Positions 27,881-37,512 are shown, counted from the stretch's first letter. The stretch: DNA of 64,000 bases from a virus (IMGVR_UViG_2671180292_000001:54495-118494); one strand, 5' to 3'. Made by a program: numbers and translations. The notes: generated from the sequence alone by a model not told the origin.

Positions 27881-27939
27881 TCAAGCGTTATCAAGCTGGT
27901 ACCTCTAGCGCCGTTCACCATCCGACGCGGGCACAGCCG

Positions 27940-28128
27940 TTACTCGATGAGGTTGTAGGACAGCAGGGACATGGTCACGGTGAGCGCGGCCCACCCGCCG
28001 AGGCCCACGCCGAGCGCGAGCAGTCCCCGGTCCCGCACGAGCAACAGGTCGAAGACGAGCCACGCCCACGCGCCGGTCACGAGAAGGAACGGCCCGCCGA
28101 ACACGGCGAGGAACATGCCGGTGCTCAT
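27940..28128 (-). CDS. Small two-TM membrane protein
   Basis: Hydrophobic 62-aa ORF coupled to terL. Confidence 0.55.
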   Translation of the reverse strand: MSTGMFLAVFGGPFLLVTGAWAWLVFDLLLVRDRGLLALGVGLGGWAALTVTMSLLSYNLIE

Positions 28129-29603
28129 CGCTTGCCGCCTCCGGTGACTGGCCGGCCGTACCGAGCAGCAGCGCTCCCTCGGCCCGTCCTCGCCTCAGTC
28201 GGCCGCGCCCGGGCGGGTGAACGGACGACGCTGGAACCGACGAGATCGCGAGCAGCAACGACGTACCTCATCGCGTCAGCACCGTGATCATTCTCCTTGA
28301 CCGGGGCCTCCTTCGGCGGCTTACCCGGCGAGGACTGCCACACGTACCCCGGGATCTCCTCGGCAGTGCAGCAGGGGCGTTTCGCCTCTTCCAGCTTCGG
28401 ATCACGCTCTACGAGGGCGTCGCGCATGATGAGGAGCCGAGGCCGGCGATCCCCCGCGACTCGGAAGCGGGCTTGCGCGGCTTGGATGCCGTCGGTGACG
28501 GTCTTCTTCGCTGGGGCGGTGGGGATGCCGAGGTGGCGTTCCAACGTGGCACGGTCTTCGGCGTCGTGGTCGCAGATCACCGCCCGAGGCCGCGGTTCGG
28601 CCCACACGAGGCGGCATTTACGGCAGTCGTGGCAGTCGTGGTCTGCGGCCTTAGACCCGCAGCACTGCTCGCAACGTCGCACGAGCCGGAGGATCTGCCG
28701 GGCGTGGTCTTCCACGAGGCGGCCGGAGTAGTAGATCTCCCGGTACAGGTAGAGCCTGCCGTCGCCGTCTTCGGCCCAGAACTGGCAGACGAACGGGTTG
28801 GTGTAGCCGAAGTCGACGGACCACCAGCGAGGCCAATCGTCGGGCGGCGTAAACCGGTCGACGAGGTGCACGACGGGGTCGAACTCCTCGTACACCAGCC
28901 CTTCGGCGGCGGCCCACAACCCGTCGCGCAGCCGAAGTCGACGCACACCGGTGAGAGCGTCGAGCTTGGCCATGTAGTCCCGGCCCGCTTCGGTGAGGGT
29001 GCCGTCCTCGTTGACGTAGGCGGGGTTGTCCCGGTGGCGGGAGTTCAGCATCACCATCGCGCCGCGGTCGGCACGCTGCTTGATCCAATGGGTGGGGTGG
29101 ACGGGGTTGCACGCGGCGATCTGCTGCTGCCACGACAGCACCTGATTTCGCAGTCGGGTACCGAGGGTTTCCCAGTCAGTCTCGGTCAGCTCGGTCGCCT
29201 CGTCGACGAACACCAGGTCGAACTCTGAGGACAGGACGCGCTCAGGGCGGTCCATGCCTCCGACGACGATGACGCTGCCGTTGGAGTACCGGTAGGAGGC
29301 GGCTTCCCGGGTGCTGCCGCCGTACCAGCGGACCAGCCCGGCGGCGAGTGCCTCGGCGGCGACCTTCCGCTCGAACGTCACCAGCGTGGTGGCGCCGAGC
29401 GAAACCGCGGTCTTCCGGACGATCAGGCACCGGATGCCCGGCGTGGACAGCGCGGCGAGGTGGACACGGAACAACGCCGCGAGCGATTTCCCGGTCCCAG
29501 CGGGACCGGCGATCACGACTTCGGATGATCTTTCGGTGAACAGGGCACGGGCCGCGCCACGCGGCTCGTACCGCACCACCAGGTGATCAGACGTGGTGGT
29601 CAT
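28125..29603 (-). CDS. terL: Terminase large subunit (PBSX-like)
   Basis: Walker A GPAGTGKS, VFVDEATE, CNP coupling motif, VDFGYTNP, DHGADAMRY. Confidence 0.95.
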   Translation of the reverse strand: MTTTSDHLVVRYEPRGAARALFTERSSEVVIAGPAGTGKSLAALFRVHLAALSTPGIRCLIVRKTAVSLGATTLVTFERKVAAEALAAGLVRWYGGSTREAASYRYSNGSVIVVGGMDRPERVLSSEFDLVFVDEATELTETDWETLGTRLRNQVLSWQQQIAACNPVHPTHWIKQRADRGAMVMLNSRHRDNPAYVNEDGTLTEAGRDYMAKLDALTGVRRLRLRDGLWAAAEGLVYEEFDPVVHLVDRFTPPDDWPRWWSVDFGYTNPFVCQFWAEDGDGRLYLYREIYYSGRLVEDHARQILRLVRRCEQCCGSKAADHDCHDCRKCRLVWAEPRPRAVICDHDAEDRATLERHLGIPTAPAKKTVTDGIQAAQARFRVAGDRRPRLLIMRDALVERDPKLEEAKRPCCTAEEIPGYVWQSSPGKPPKEAPVKENDHGADAMRYVVAARDLVGSSVVRSPARARPTEARTGRGSAAARYGRPVTGGGKR

Positions 29604-30073
29604 TTCAACTGGGCAGGGTCGACACCGACGACCTCGTAGGTCACCCCGCCGGACAGGCTGACCTTCTTCTCCGCGTCCAACCCCAGCAGCGCCGCACGCC
29701 GGGCCTGGATCTTCAGCATCCGATCCACCGCCGCGAGCACCGGCCCGTCATCGATCAACGGTTGCCCGTCCCACATGACAACCTTGCCCTTGTCCACCAC
29801 GTAGTGCGTGGCCTCCAACACGCCCAGCGCGGCGCGGTGCATCTCGTCCAAGCGGACAAGCTCGAGCTGTCGGACCTCCTCGGCTGGCTCGCGGACGATG
29901 TCGGCGATGGCCCGTTGCACAGCCAGATAGGCGTTGCTTCGCGATACGCCGAGCTGTTCGGCGATCTGCTCATACGACAGGCCACGCGCCCGTAGCCGGC
30001 AGGCTTCCGCGTCCCGGACGGCAGTCTCAGGGTCGCGCGTGTAGCGGCCGTCACCGCCTCTCACACCGGACAA
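29600..30073 (-). CDS. Terminase small subunit (HTH)
   Basis: GLSYEQIAEQLGVS HTH, RRAALLGLDA; coupled to terL. Confidence 0.7.
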   Translation of the reverse strand: MSGVRGGDGRYTRDPETAVRDAEACRLRARGLSYEQIAEQLGVSRSNAYLAVQRAIADIVREPAEEVRQLELVRLDEMHRAALGVLEATHYVVDKGKVVMWDGQPLIDDGPVLAAVDRMLKIQARRAALLGLDAEKKVSLSGGVTYEVVGVDPAQLK

Positions 30074-30156
30074 TGCGTGCCCCTCCCCCGATCACGGATC
30101 TTGCCTCTCAAGTGTGCCTGCCCGTCGGTGTTCTGCTGGCCTAGCGTTCTGCTGGT

Positions 30157-30468
30157 TCAGCCGGGAACGTCCGGTAGGCAGAACTGCGACGGGCGCCCAG
30201 GCTGGCAGTCGCAGACACCGGGGTTCTCCGCATGCCAGCGTTCCCACGCGGCACGGCCTGGGCGCCAGTGGCGGCGTACGGCCTCGGCGAGTGGGAGCGG
30301 TTCGGGTGGGTTGGCGAGGAACGCGGTGAGGGTGCGTTCGCGTTCGCGTGTCCACTCCTCCTCGGTGTACGGGGGCAGGCCGGCGCGGGCGGCCCGCTTG
30401 GTCGCGTAGACGCTGTCGATGCCGCCGCCCTGGTGGAACTCGCCACTCTGGGTCACCCAGACGTACAT
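30157..30468 (-). CDS. Hypothetical protein
   Basis: GGAGG RBS. Confidence 0.5.
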   Translation of the reverse strand: MYVWVTQSGEFHQGGGIDSVYATKRAARAGLPPYTEEEWTRERERTLTAFLANPPEPLPLAEAVRRHWRPGRAAWERWHAENPGVCDCQPGRPSQFCLPDVPG

Positions 30469-30498
30469 GGTGTTTCCTCCCTGATCGACGGTGCGGTC

Positions 30499-31176
30499 TT
30501 AGTCGAGGTCGGCTACGAGGACGGTCGCGTTGTCCGCGTGCCGGGTCGCGTGCCCGATCGCGGCGGTGGTCAAGGCACGGGCGGCGGTACGCGGGGAGCC
30601 CGTCAGGTAGGAGGCGAGGTCGCAGCCGTCGTCCTCGAGCGGCTCGTACGCGCCGTCGGACGCGAGCAGCAAACGGCCATGCTGGGCGGTGCTCCGGGCG
30701 CCGATGGCGGGGGCGTCCCTGGAGTCGCCCAGGTAGGAGGTGACGTGGTTACGGGCGTACTGGTCGGGCTCCTGACCGAGGTCTAGCAGCGTCTGGCGCA
30801 TGTTGTGGTCCTTCGTCAGCCGCTCCAGCGTGCCGTCGGCCGTGAGGAGGTAGGCGCGGGCGTCGCCACACCACGCGACCTCCAACGGCTTGCCCGGGGC
30901 GGCGACGGCGACGACTGCGACAGCGGCTGGCGCGCCGTAGTAGTCGCACTCGGCGGCGGCGACCGCGTGGATCGTGCGCAGGCCGCCCTCGGCGCTGGCT
31001 TGGAGGGCCGCGGCGCGGGCCAGGCGTCGGGCTGCGGTACGGGTCCACTCCCGCACGGTGTCGGAGGAGCCGATGCCGTCGAGCAACACGTACGCGCGGG
31101 TGCCGGCGTGGGTGTGGGTGGCGGTGGCGTCGCACTGGTGCGAGCGGCTGCCGATGAGCTGGGCTGTGGCGTGCAT
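30499..31176 (-). CDS. PP2C/PPM-family Ser/Thr phosphatase
   Basis: HQCDA, LLDGIG, WCGDARAY, LTKDH, LLASDG, DNATV. Confidence 0.9.
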   Translation of the reverse strand: MHATAQLIGSRSHQCDATATHTHAGTRAYVLLDGIGSSDTVREWTRTAARRLARAAALQASAEGGLRTIHAVAAAECDYYGAPAAVAVVAVAAPGKPLEVAWCGDARAYLLTADGTLERLTKDHNMRQTLLDLGQEPDQYARNHVTSYLGDSRDAPAIGARSTAQHGRLLLASDGAYEPLEDDGCDLASYLTGSPRTAARALTTAAIGHATRHADNATVLVADLD

Positions 31177-31446
31177 CGCGTTTCCTCGTTCTCTCAGCGG
31201 GGGTGCAGGGGGACGGGGCAGGGGGTTAGTTCTGCTGGTCGCGCAGGGCCGCGCGACGGGCAGCTGCGCGGGTGCGGGCGCGGCGGGGCCGGGGGTCGTG
31301 GCGGCCTGAGGCGTTGGAGCGGCGCAGCTCGACCAGGCGGGCGCCCGTGCGAGGGGCGGGGGTGTTCTTCGGCATCGCGGGGTTCCTTCCGAAGGGGGTG
31401 GGCCCCGGAGGGGGTCGGGCCCTGGGGGGGGCTATTGGCCGTAGTA

Positions 31447-32817
31447 GTGAAGGCTCCCCCAACTGAAGGCGGGGGCTTCCAGCGAATGCCCGTTCATGAG
31501 ACGGGTTCCCTTCGCTTCGGTTGACGCTTCGTCGCCCCGCCCAACGGCTGGAGGGCTCCGCGTCCTGCCACGCCGCTTCCCGGCGCGGTTGCCGCCCTTA
31601 CGGCGGCGTGATGGATGTTGCGGGCGGCGTTGAGGTCAGCGTTCCCGGCCCAACCGCACTGGGGGTTCTTACACACGAACCGCGCTTGGCTCTCACGCGA
31701 TCCGGGTGTGATGAACCCGCAGACGTGGCACCGCAGGGAGGTGCCGGGAGCGGGAACGCGGACGATCGTGCCGCCACGTTCGGCGGTCTTGTAGGTGAGC
31801 TGCTCGGCGAGCTGGCCCCATGCCTCGCTTTGAATGGCTCGATTGAGCCCGGCCTTGGCGCGGACGTTGCGGCCCGGGTGGGCGACCGTGCCGCGCGCCG
31901 AGCGGGTCATGCCAGCGATGTTGAGGTCTTCAACGCCGATGAGGCTGTAGGTGTCAGCCAAACGGCGGGTGGTCTGGTGCTGCCAGTCGGCACGGCGACG
32001 CGCGGCACGCCCCCGAAGATCAGCGATCTGGTCGTAGGTACGGGTCAGCCGCTTGGAGTCGGCCTCGCCTCGCACGCGGGTGCGCCTCCGGCGGGCGGAC
32101 TGGCGCTCCAGCCGCAGCAGCCGTTCAGCTTCCTTCGGGCGAAGCCACGGCCCGTGATGCTGGTGGTTGCCGTCCGACAACGCGAGTGGGACGGCGATAC
32201 CCCGGTCGATGCCAACCGATGGGCCAGCGTGCGGGGCGGGGTCGGGCTGCTCCCAGGTGGTACGGAAGACGATGTGCCAGCCGTTCGCCTCGTTCACCAG
32301 CCGCGCCCCGGTGACCCTGCCGGGGATAGCCCGGTGGGCGCGGAAGCGAACCACGCCAACCTTGGGGATCTTCACGGTGGCCCAGCGGCGTGACAGCTTC
32401 GTCACGTCCAGGTCGCGCCCCTGGGGAACGTCGATGACCATGCGGGACCGGATACGGGACTTGAAGCGCGGCGGCTTGGCGCGGCCATCCCAGAAGTTCG
32501 CCCACGCCCGCGTGTAGTGCTTGAGCACCTGCTGTGCCGCTTGGGCGGGAAGTACGGTCAGCCAGTCGATTTCCTTACGTGCCTGGCGGATCGCCTCGTC
32601 AGCCTGCTTCAGGCTCGGGCGACGGTGACGCCCACCCCACGTCCACCACTCGTGCAGAAGGTTCCACAACCCACGGGCTGCGTGGCCTTGCTCCTCCAAG
32701 ATGGAGGCCTGCTCAGGGGTCGGGTAGAGCCGAAACTTGGTGCCGCGCTGGATCTCCACATCAACCTCCTCCCGTACGTATGGCACTCTCACAAAGCAAG
32801 ATCATTCGCCGTAGTAG
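31447..32817 (-). mobile_element. IS1341-like solo-TnpB element
   Basis: Right end ggaagcccccgccttcagttgggggagccTTCAC on the minus strand. No tnpA. Left boundary uncertain (32800-32820). Confidence 0.75.
31494..32759 (-). CDS. tnpB: RNA-guided endonuclease TnpB
   Basis: KFRLYPT, GIDRG, GVEDL, CHVCG..C...C, NADLNAARNI; GGAGGAGG RBS. Confidence 0.95.
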   Translation of the reverse strand: MEIQRGTKFRLYPTPEQASILEEQGHAARGLWNLLHEWWTWGGRHRRPSLKQADEAIRQARKEIDWLTVLPAQAAQQVLKHYTRAWANFWDGRAKPPRFKSRIRSRMVIDVPQGRDLDVTKLSRRWATVKIPKVGVVRFRAHRAIPGRVTGARLVNEANGWHIVFRTTWEQPDPAPHAGPSVGIDRGIAVPLALSDGNHQHHGPWLRPKEAERLLRLERQSARRRRTRVRGEADSKRLTRTYDQIADLRGRAARRRADWQHQTTRRLADTYSLIGVEDLNIAGMTRSARGTVAHPGRNVRAKAGLNRAIQSEAWGQLAEQLTYKTAERGGTIVRVPAPGTSLRCHVCGFITPGSRESQARFVCKNPQCGWAGNADLNAARNIHHAAVRAATAPGSGVAGRGALQPLGGATKRQPKRREPVS

Positions 32818-32918
32818 TAGTCCGGGTCTTCGTCGTAGTCCTCGTCGTCGTAGGGGCCGTCGTAGTCGGCCTTCTCCAGCGCGTACTCCCACTCGGCGTA
32901 GGTGGTGAGGTCAGTCAT
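32802..32918 (-). CDS. 38-aa acidic Tyr/Asp-rich peptide
   Basis: MTDLTTYAEWEYALEKADYDGPYDDEDYDEDPDYYYGE with an AAAGGGA RBS. Confidence 0.55.
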   Translation of the reverse strand: MTDLTTYAEWEYALEKADYDGPYDDEDYDEDPDYYYGE

Positions 32919-32950
32919 GGAACGTTCCCTTTCTGCTCGTTTTCTGCTCG

Positions 32951-33322
32951 TTAGGCGGCGCGGCGGGCCGGGGCGGCGGCGGTCAGGATGCGGGCTGCTG
33001 CCGTGTGGTAGCAGCGGCGCTGGTGGCGGCCTGCCTTGCAGGTGCACTGTGCGGAGTGGGTGAGGTAGGTGGTGGTGCCGTCGGAGGCGACGGTGAGGTA
33101 GATGCCGGGGCGGCGGGTGGGGAGGATCGCGCCCTGCTCGATCAACTCGCGGGCCTTGTCGGCCTGGGCAGGCTTGTAGTCGGTGAGGTCGACCACGTTG
33201 GCGGCGGCGGCGACCTTGGCCTGGCAGCGGGGGCCGCGGCCGTTGGCGATGGAGCGGGCGGAGCGGAGAGGGCGGTGGCAGCTGAGGCACCGGGCGGTGG
33301 TGGTGTTCTGCGTGGTGGTCAT
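32951..33322 (-). CDS. DUF6011-like plus SWIM Zn-finger protein
   Basis: CLSCHRPL...SIANGRGPRC; CTC.......CYH. Confidence 0.65.
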   Translation of the reverse strand: MTTTQNTTTARCLSCHRPLRSARSIANGRGPRCQAKVAAAANVVDLTDYKPAQADKARELIEQGAILPTRRPGIYLTVASDGTTTYLTHSAQCTCKAGRHQRRCYHTAAARILTAAAPARRAA

Positions 33323-33327
33323 GGCCC

Positions 33328-33413
33328 TTCTCCAATCACTTGCTGTCCCGTTCAACAGGACTAAGTTTTCCAGAGAGGGAAGACAGTATCAAGCCGAACA
33401 CGACAAAGTTTTA
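33328..33413 (-). promoter_or_regulatory. Early promoter/operator cassette copy 1
   Basis: gttcaacaggactaagttt...tcaagccgaacacgacaaagtttta; shared with 35641 and 37513. Confidence 0.75.
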
Positions 33414-33495
33414 GGCTGTGACCCCAACAACATCAGCGCAAACAAAAGAGCCGCCCGCGACCACCACGCGAACGGCTCCACAAACCCCGGTCCGG

Positions 33496-33777
33496 CTACC
33501 CCTCGGCAGGCTTCTTCCGAGGACGCCCACCACCAACACCCCGCCCCCGCCGGCGCTTCTTCCACTCCACGATCGTCTCCGGACGCCACACCGGGGTACG
33601 TCCCATCATCTGATCCTCCATCGGGAGAGCACCAGCAAGCTGCGTCGGCGTCACCTCCTCACCAGCGGCCTGCCGCTTCCGGAGGTCATCGCTACGGACC
33701 CGATACCTGTGCACGGTCTGCGGCTTCACGCCCAGATACTCCGCGACTTCCTTCGGGCTCCAAAAATCTGCGTCCAT
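33496..33777 (-). CDS. AlpA/MerR-like HTH protein
   Basis: WSPKEVAEYLGVKPQTVHRYR...GRTPVWRPETIVEW..RRRGRG. Confidence 0.75.
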   Translation of the reverse strand: MDADFWSPKEVAEYLGVKPQTVHRYRVRSDDLRKRQAAGEEVTPTQLAGALPMEDQMMGRTPVWRPETIVEWKKRRRGRGVGGGRPRKKPAEG

Positions 33778-33793
33778 GTCAACCACACAAGGA

Positions 33794-34120
33794 TTATGGC
33801 GTCCCATCGCCCGGCCCCGCTGTGCACCCTGGCACATTGAGGTCTACCCGGCGAGGACACAGACGCCGCCACTGCTCCCGTGAAACACACGAGACGCGAT
33901 CCCCCGCGGGGACGTGCAAGACGCCGGTGGACGGCTCACGCGGGCCGACGGGCACGGCGATGTCCCAGCGGATCCGCCACCCGGCGGGGTACCGCTTGAT
34001 GGCGCGGACGATGCCGTACAGGTCGCTCGCGGCCAGCGGCCCGTCAGTGACGCGGATGATATGCCCCGGCTTGAGCGCGGACGGGTCGACGTGGTGAAGG
34101 TCAGGCAGAACGATCATCAT
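33794..34120 (-). CDS. Hypothetical protein
   Basis: Coupled ORF. Confidence 0.5.
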   Translation of the reverse strand: MMIVLPDLHHVDPSALKPGHIIRVTDGPLAASDLYGIVRAIKRYPAGWRIRWDIAVPVGPREPSTGVLHVPAGDRVSCVSREQWRRLCPRRVDLNVPGCTAGPGDGTP

Positions 34121-34557
34121 GTCTCTCCCTCCAACGCAGAGTGGATCGCCGCGACAGGAACCGAGGGAATTGCGTTAGGTCCGCACATCACCGGATGCGC
34201 GATAGCGGCCCGGACACGGGCGATAATGGCCTCAGCCTTGGACAGCGCGGCGTCTAGTTCCCACGCTGCCGCCTCCAGGTCCCCATGCCGGGGGCAGGAC
34301 CGGTGAGCACGGGCCACGGGATTCCCGACGACACGGCTCAGGTCGTCGAGCACGTCCGAGGCGCGGAGACAGATGCCGTTGCACTGCGGCAGCGCGGCCT
34401 CGGCCTGCTCGGCGCGCTGTATAGCAGCGGTCAGCTCGTCGTCCCGTACGGCCAGCAGTGCGGATAGGACGCGGTCGCGGTCTTCTTGCCGTCTCGGATG
34501 CCATTGGGCGCCCAGGAGTGTGTCTTCGTACCGCTGGCGGAGGTCGTTGTCAGCCAC
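34117..34557 (-). CDS. Hypothetical protein
   Basis: Coupled ORF with an LAVRDDEL coiled motif. Confidence 0.55.
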   Translation of the reverse strand: MADNDLRQRYEDTLLGAQWHPRRQEDRDRVLSALLAVRDDELTAAIQRAEQAEAALPQCNGICLRASDVLDDLSRVVGNPVARAHRSCPRHGDLEAAAWELDAALSKAEAIIARVRAAIAHPVMCGPNAIPSVPVAAIHSALEGET

Positions 34558-35098
34558 GGTCGCCTCCGAGGATCACGCGAGCCACGGCCAGCTCGTACTG
34601 GACGGTCGGGAGCGCCTTCTCGCTGAACCTCGCGAAGAATTCGAGCCTGGCCGCCGCATCGTCGAGCAGGGCGGCGAGCGGCTCGTCTACGGGGCGCTCC
34701 GGGTTGGCGCGGAGCTTGGTGGCGGCGGCGCGCAGCTGCTCAGCGGACGTCTTCTCAGTCACAGTGTTACTCCTCTTTTCGGTTTGTCAGGGTTCTCACG
34801 TCACAGGGTGGGGCCGGAGTCCACGTCGGCCACGGCCTGCGCCGTGGCCTCGAACTGCTCGCGGGTGGCGTACGTCTCGTGGTGAGGGTCGCCGAGCATG
34901 CCGCGCAGGCCGGGCGCAGAGCAGGCGCAGATCGTCCAGGACTGGTAGACGACGCTGCCGTCGGGCAGGTGCTCGGTGAGGCTGAGCGTGGCGTCGGGGT
35001 GGTTGTCGTGGCTGGTCAAGTGCGTCCTTTCGGAGCATCGGGAATGGAGGGGCGCTGGTGTCGCATCCGACAGGGTGCGGCACCAGCGCCACGATGGG

Positions 35099-35635
35099 TT
35101 AGTCCTCGTCCTGCTGCATGATGGTCAGCACCAGTTCGCCGTCATCACCAGGGCCGGCGACCACGTCAAGACGGACCATGCGGGGTGCGCGAGCCCGGCC
35201 GGGGCGCGGGGTCCGGTACAGCGGGAAGCTGATCCGGCTCGTGCTGCCGGGGGCTCGGCGGATCCCAGCGGCGGCCATCCAAAGGACGTCCCACAGGCGG
35301 CCGTCCTCGTCCTGGATGGTGCCCTTGCGGCGGTTGTCCGCGTCGTCCCAGGCGACGCAGTCCTCCCACGCGGCGCGGGTGATGGCGACGGGGGCGCGGA
35401 GCCCGGCCTCACGGGCGAGGCGTTCGGGGACGGCGACGAGGGTGCCGTCGGCGAGGGCCTGGGCGCGGGTGTAGGTGTGGATGACCTCGCCGAAGATGTC
35501 GTCGAGCTCGTCGGGCTCGTTGTGAGGTTCGGGGGTGGAGCGCATCGCGTCGTCGCTGACCGTGAGGTCGTGGGTGGTGTAGCCCTCGACGAGGGTGTCG
35601 ATCCGGTTGATCAGGTTGTTGGTGTCGAGGGCCAT
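35099..35635 (-). CDS. DUF6573-like protein
   Basis: EVIHTYTRAQALADGTLV...QDEDGRLWDVLWM...GPGDDGELVLTIM. Confidence 0.7.
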   Translation of the reverse strand: MALDTNNLINRIDTLVEGYTTHDLTVSDDAMRSTPEPHNEPDELDDIFGEVIHTYTRAQALADGTLVAVPERLAREAGLRAPVAITRAAWEDCVAWDDADNRRKGTIQDEDGRLWDVLWMAAAGIRRAPGSTSRISFPLYRTPRPGRARAPRMVRLDVVAGPGDDGELVLTIMQQDED

Positions 35636-35640
35636 CCTGG

Positions 35641-35725
35641 TTCTCCAATCGCCTTTATCGCGTTCAACATGACATAGTTTCCCGGTCGATACGTCCACCG
35701 TCAAGCCGAACACGACAAAGTTTTA
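35641..35725 (-). promoter_or_regulatory. Early promoter/operator cassette copy 2
   Basis: gttcaacatgacatagttt...gtcaagccgaacacgacaaagtttta (TTGAC -35 on the minus strand). Confidence 0.75.
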
Positions 35726-35765
35726 AGGGAGACCCCACACGACACGGCAAAACCCCCGCTCCGAG

Positions 35766-36182
35766 TCAGCAACCTGGGGCAACGCGAGCACCGAGTTGCG
35801 CGTGGACTGCCGCCTCCGCCTCGGAATTGAGGTCCCATAAGCCGAGCCGTCCCTTGCAAGGCACCGGGTCGGGCAGTTCGCGCGCGTTCGCGAACTGCCA
35901 GTGGAGTTGCCCAGGTACCGCCCAGGGTCCGCACTCGCAGTCTTGGGCGGTGCAGACGTCCACCAGGTCAACGACTGCGACGATCGCCGACGCGGGTGAC
36001 TTCAGGACGTACGCGCCGGTCAGTTCGTAGACGCGGGCGAACGCATCCTCACGGTCGGGTCGTGCGGCGGCGTGGATCGCTAAACGGCCCCGGTAGGTGG
36101 TGTTCCAGGTGCGGTTCTCGATGGTCTTCACGCCGTGGGCGATGGCCCACGCCCACGGGTTCCTCACAGTCAGGGCTTTCAC
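35766..36182 (-). CDS. ASCH domain protein
   Basis: MKALTVRNPWAWAIAHGVKTIENRTW...YRGRLAIHA...KGRLGLW. Confidence 0.9.
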   Translation of the reverse strand: MKALTVRNPWAWAIAHGVKTIENRTWNTTYRGRLAIHAAARPDREDAFARVYELTGAYVLKSPASAIVAVVDLVDVCTAQDCECGPWAVPGQLHWQFANARELPDPVPCKGRLGLWDLNSEAEAAVHAQLGARVAPGC

Positions 36183-36606
36183 CGGCTGCTCCCCTTGGCC
36201 CTGGCGCGGCCGAGCACGCGGGGCATGACCTCAGCCTCCCACCGGGCGCGGGTCATCAACTCGGCCCGTTGACGCGCTCCCCAGCCTGAAGGCTGGGGAT
36301 TCAGCCCGTGCCGCGTGTGCGGCGGCCTGGTGGTGGAAGTGGATAGGGCCGATGCGGACGGTGTCGTATCCGGGCTTGGTGATGATGACGGCCTCGGGCG
36401 TGGTGGCGGTCATGGCCTCTCCTTCAGAGGTGGTCAGGTCTGGTCGGTCTCGCCGCGGAGCTGGGCCAGCAGCACGGGGAACTCAGGGTCGGTGTCGTGG
36501 GTCTCCTGCAGGGCTAACCAGGCCTCAGCCTGGGCCTGGGTGCCGGGGTAGAGGATCCGTCGGCCGTCGGGGGCGGTGATACGGGTGAACGTCCTGGTGG
36601 CGGTGC

Positions 36607-37011
36607 TCATGCGACCTCCTCGGTCGAGTGGTTGCGGTAGCCCGTGCAGGACGGGCAGTCGTCCTCGTCGTCTTCGTGCCAGGCGGAGCAGTTCCAGTGG
36701 TAGACGCCCACGGTGTGGACGAACCGGCCGTCCATGCCGGCGACGGCACGCTCCCCAGTGGGCCGGTACTCGACCTCGATCCGGGCCTCGGGGTGGAGGT
36801 GGTCGGCGGAGCGCGCGGCGACGATGGCAGCGAGGCGGTTGATCGCGAAACGGACGGGGCGGTCGTCGGCGAGGATCAGGTACTTCGTCGGGGTGAAGCC
36901 GAACCGCATGACGGCCTGCACGTCGGTGGGAGTGGGGGTGCGGCCGATCAGGGCAAGCTCGGCGCGGAGGAGCTCCACCACGTCGGCGGTGTTGACGGTA
37001 GCGGTGGTCAT
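36607..37011 (-). CDS. Hypothetical protein
   Basis: GAGGAG RBS before MTTATVNT. Confidence 0.5.
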   Translation of the reverse strand: MTTATVNTADVVELLRAELALIGRTPTPTDVQAVMRFGFTPTKYLILADDRPVRFAINRLAAIVAARSADHLHPEARIEVEYRPTGERAVAGMDGRFVHTVGVYHWNCSAWHEDDEDDCPSCTGYRNHSTEEVA

Positions 37012-37284
37012 CGTCTCCTCCGGGTCGGTCGAGCGGTTACCGATGGTGGTCATCGGGCGGGTTTGATGGCGAGCCATGCCTTGCGGTGCCGGGGCGAGGC
37101 GTACTCCCCCGTCGCGGCCATCTCCTCGAGTTCGGCCTCGGTGCAGCCGAGCCGGTCGAGCGTCGCGGACTTCCCTGCCTCCCACTCCTGCTCGGTCAGC
37201 TCGTGGATCTCGATCTCGGCCATTGGTGCCTTCCTGGTTGCGTATTGATCGGGGGCCGCCCTGGGAGGGGTGGGGGTGGCGGGG

Positions 37285-37500
37285 TCATGCCTGGGCGTCG
37301 AGGACGGCCAGGGAGCGGACGTACGCCCCGAACGCGGTCGGCCGCTCGGCGGCCATCCGGGTGAGGACGTAGTCGGTCGCGGCGTCGATGGCGCGGCCTC
37401 GGTGGGCGCCGTCGGCGACGAGCCGGTCAGCGATCCGGGTGATGGCGCTGTTGACGGTGTTCACCGTGGCCTGGGCGGTGGTGATGTCCGTGGTGGTCAT
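37285..37500 (-). CDS. Hypothetical protein, first gene after promoter 3
   Basis: GAGGGGG RBS. Confidence 0.55.
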   Translation of the reverse strand: MTTTDITTAQATVNTVNSAITRIADRLVADGAHRGRAIDAATDYVLTRMAAERPTAFGAYVRSLAVLDAQA

Positions 37501-37512
37501 CGCGTCGTCCCC

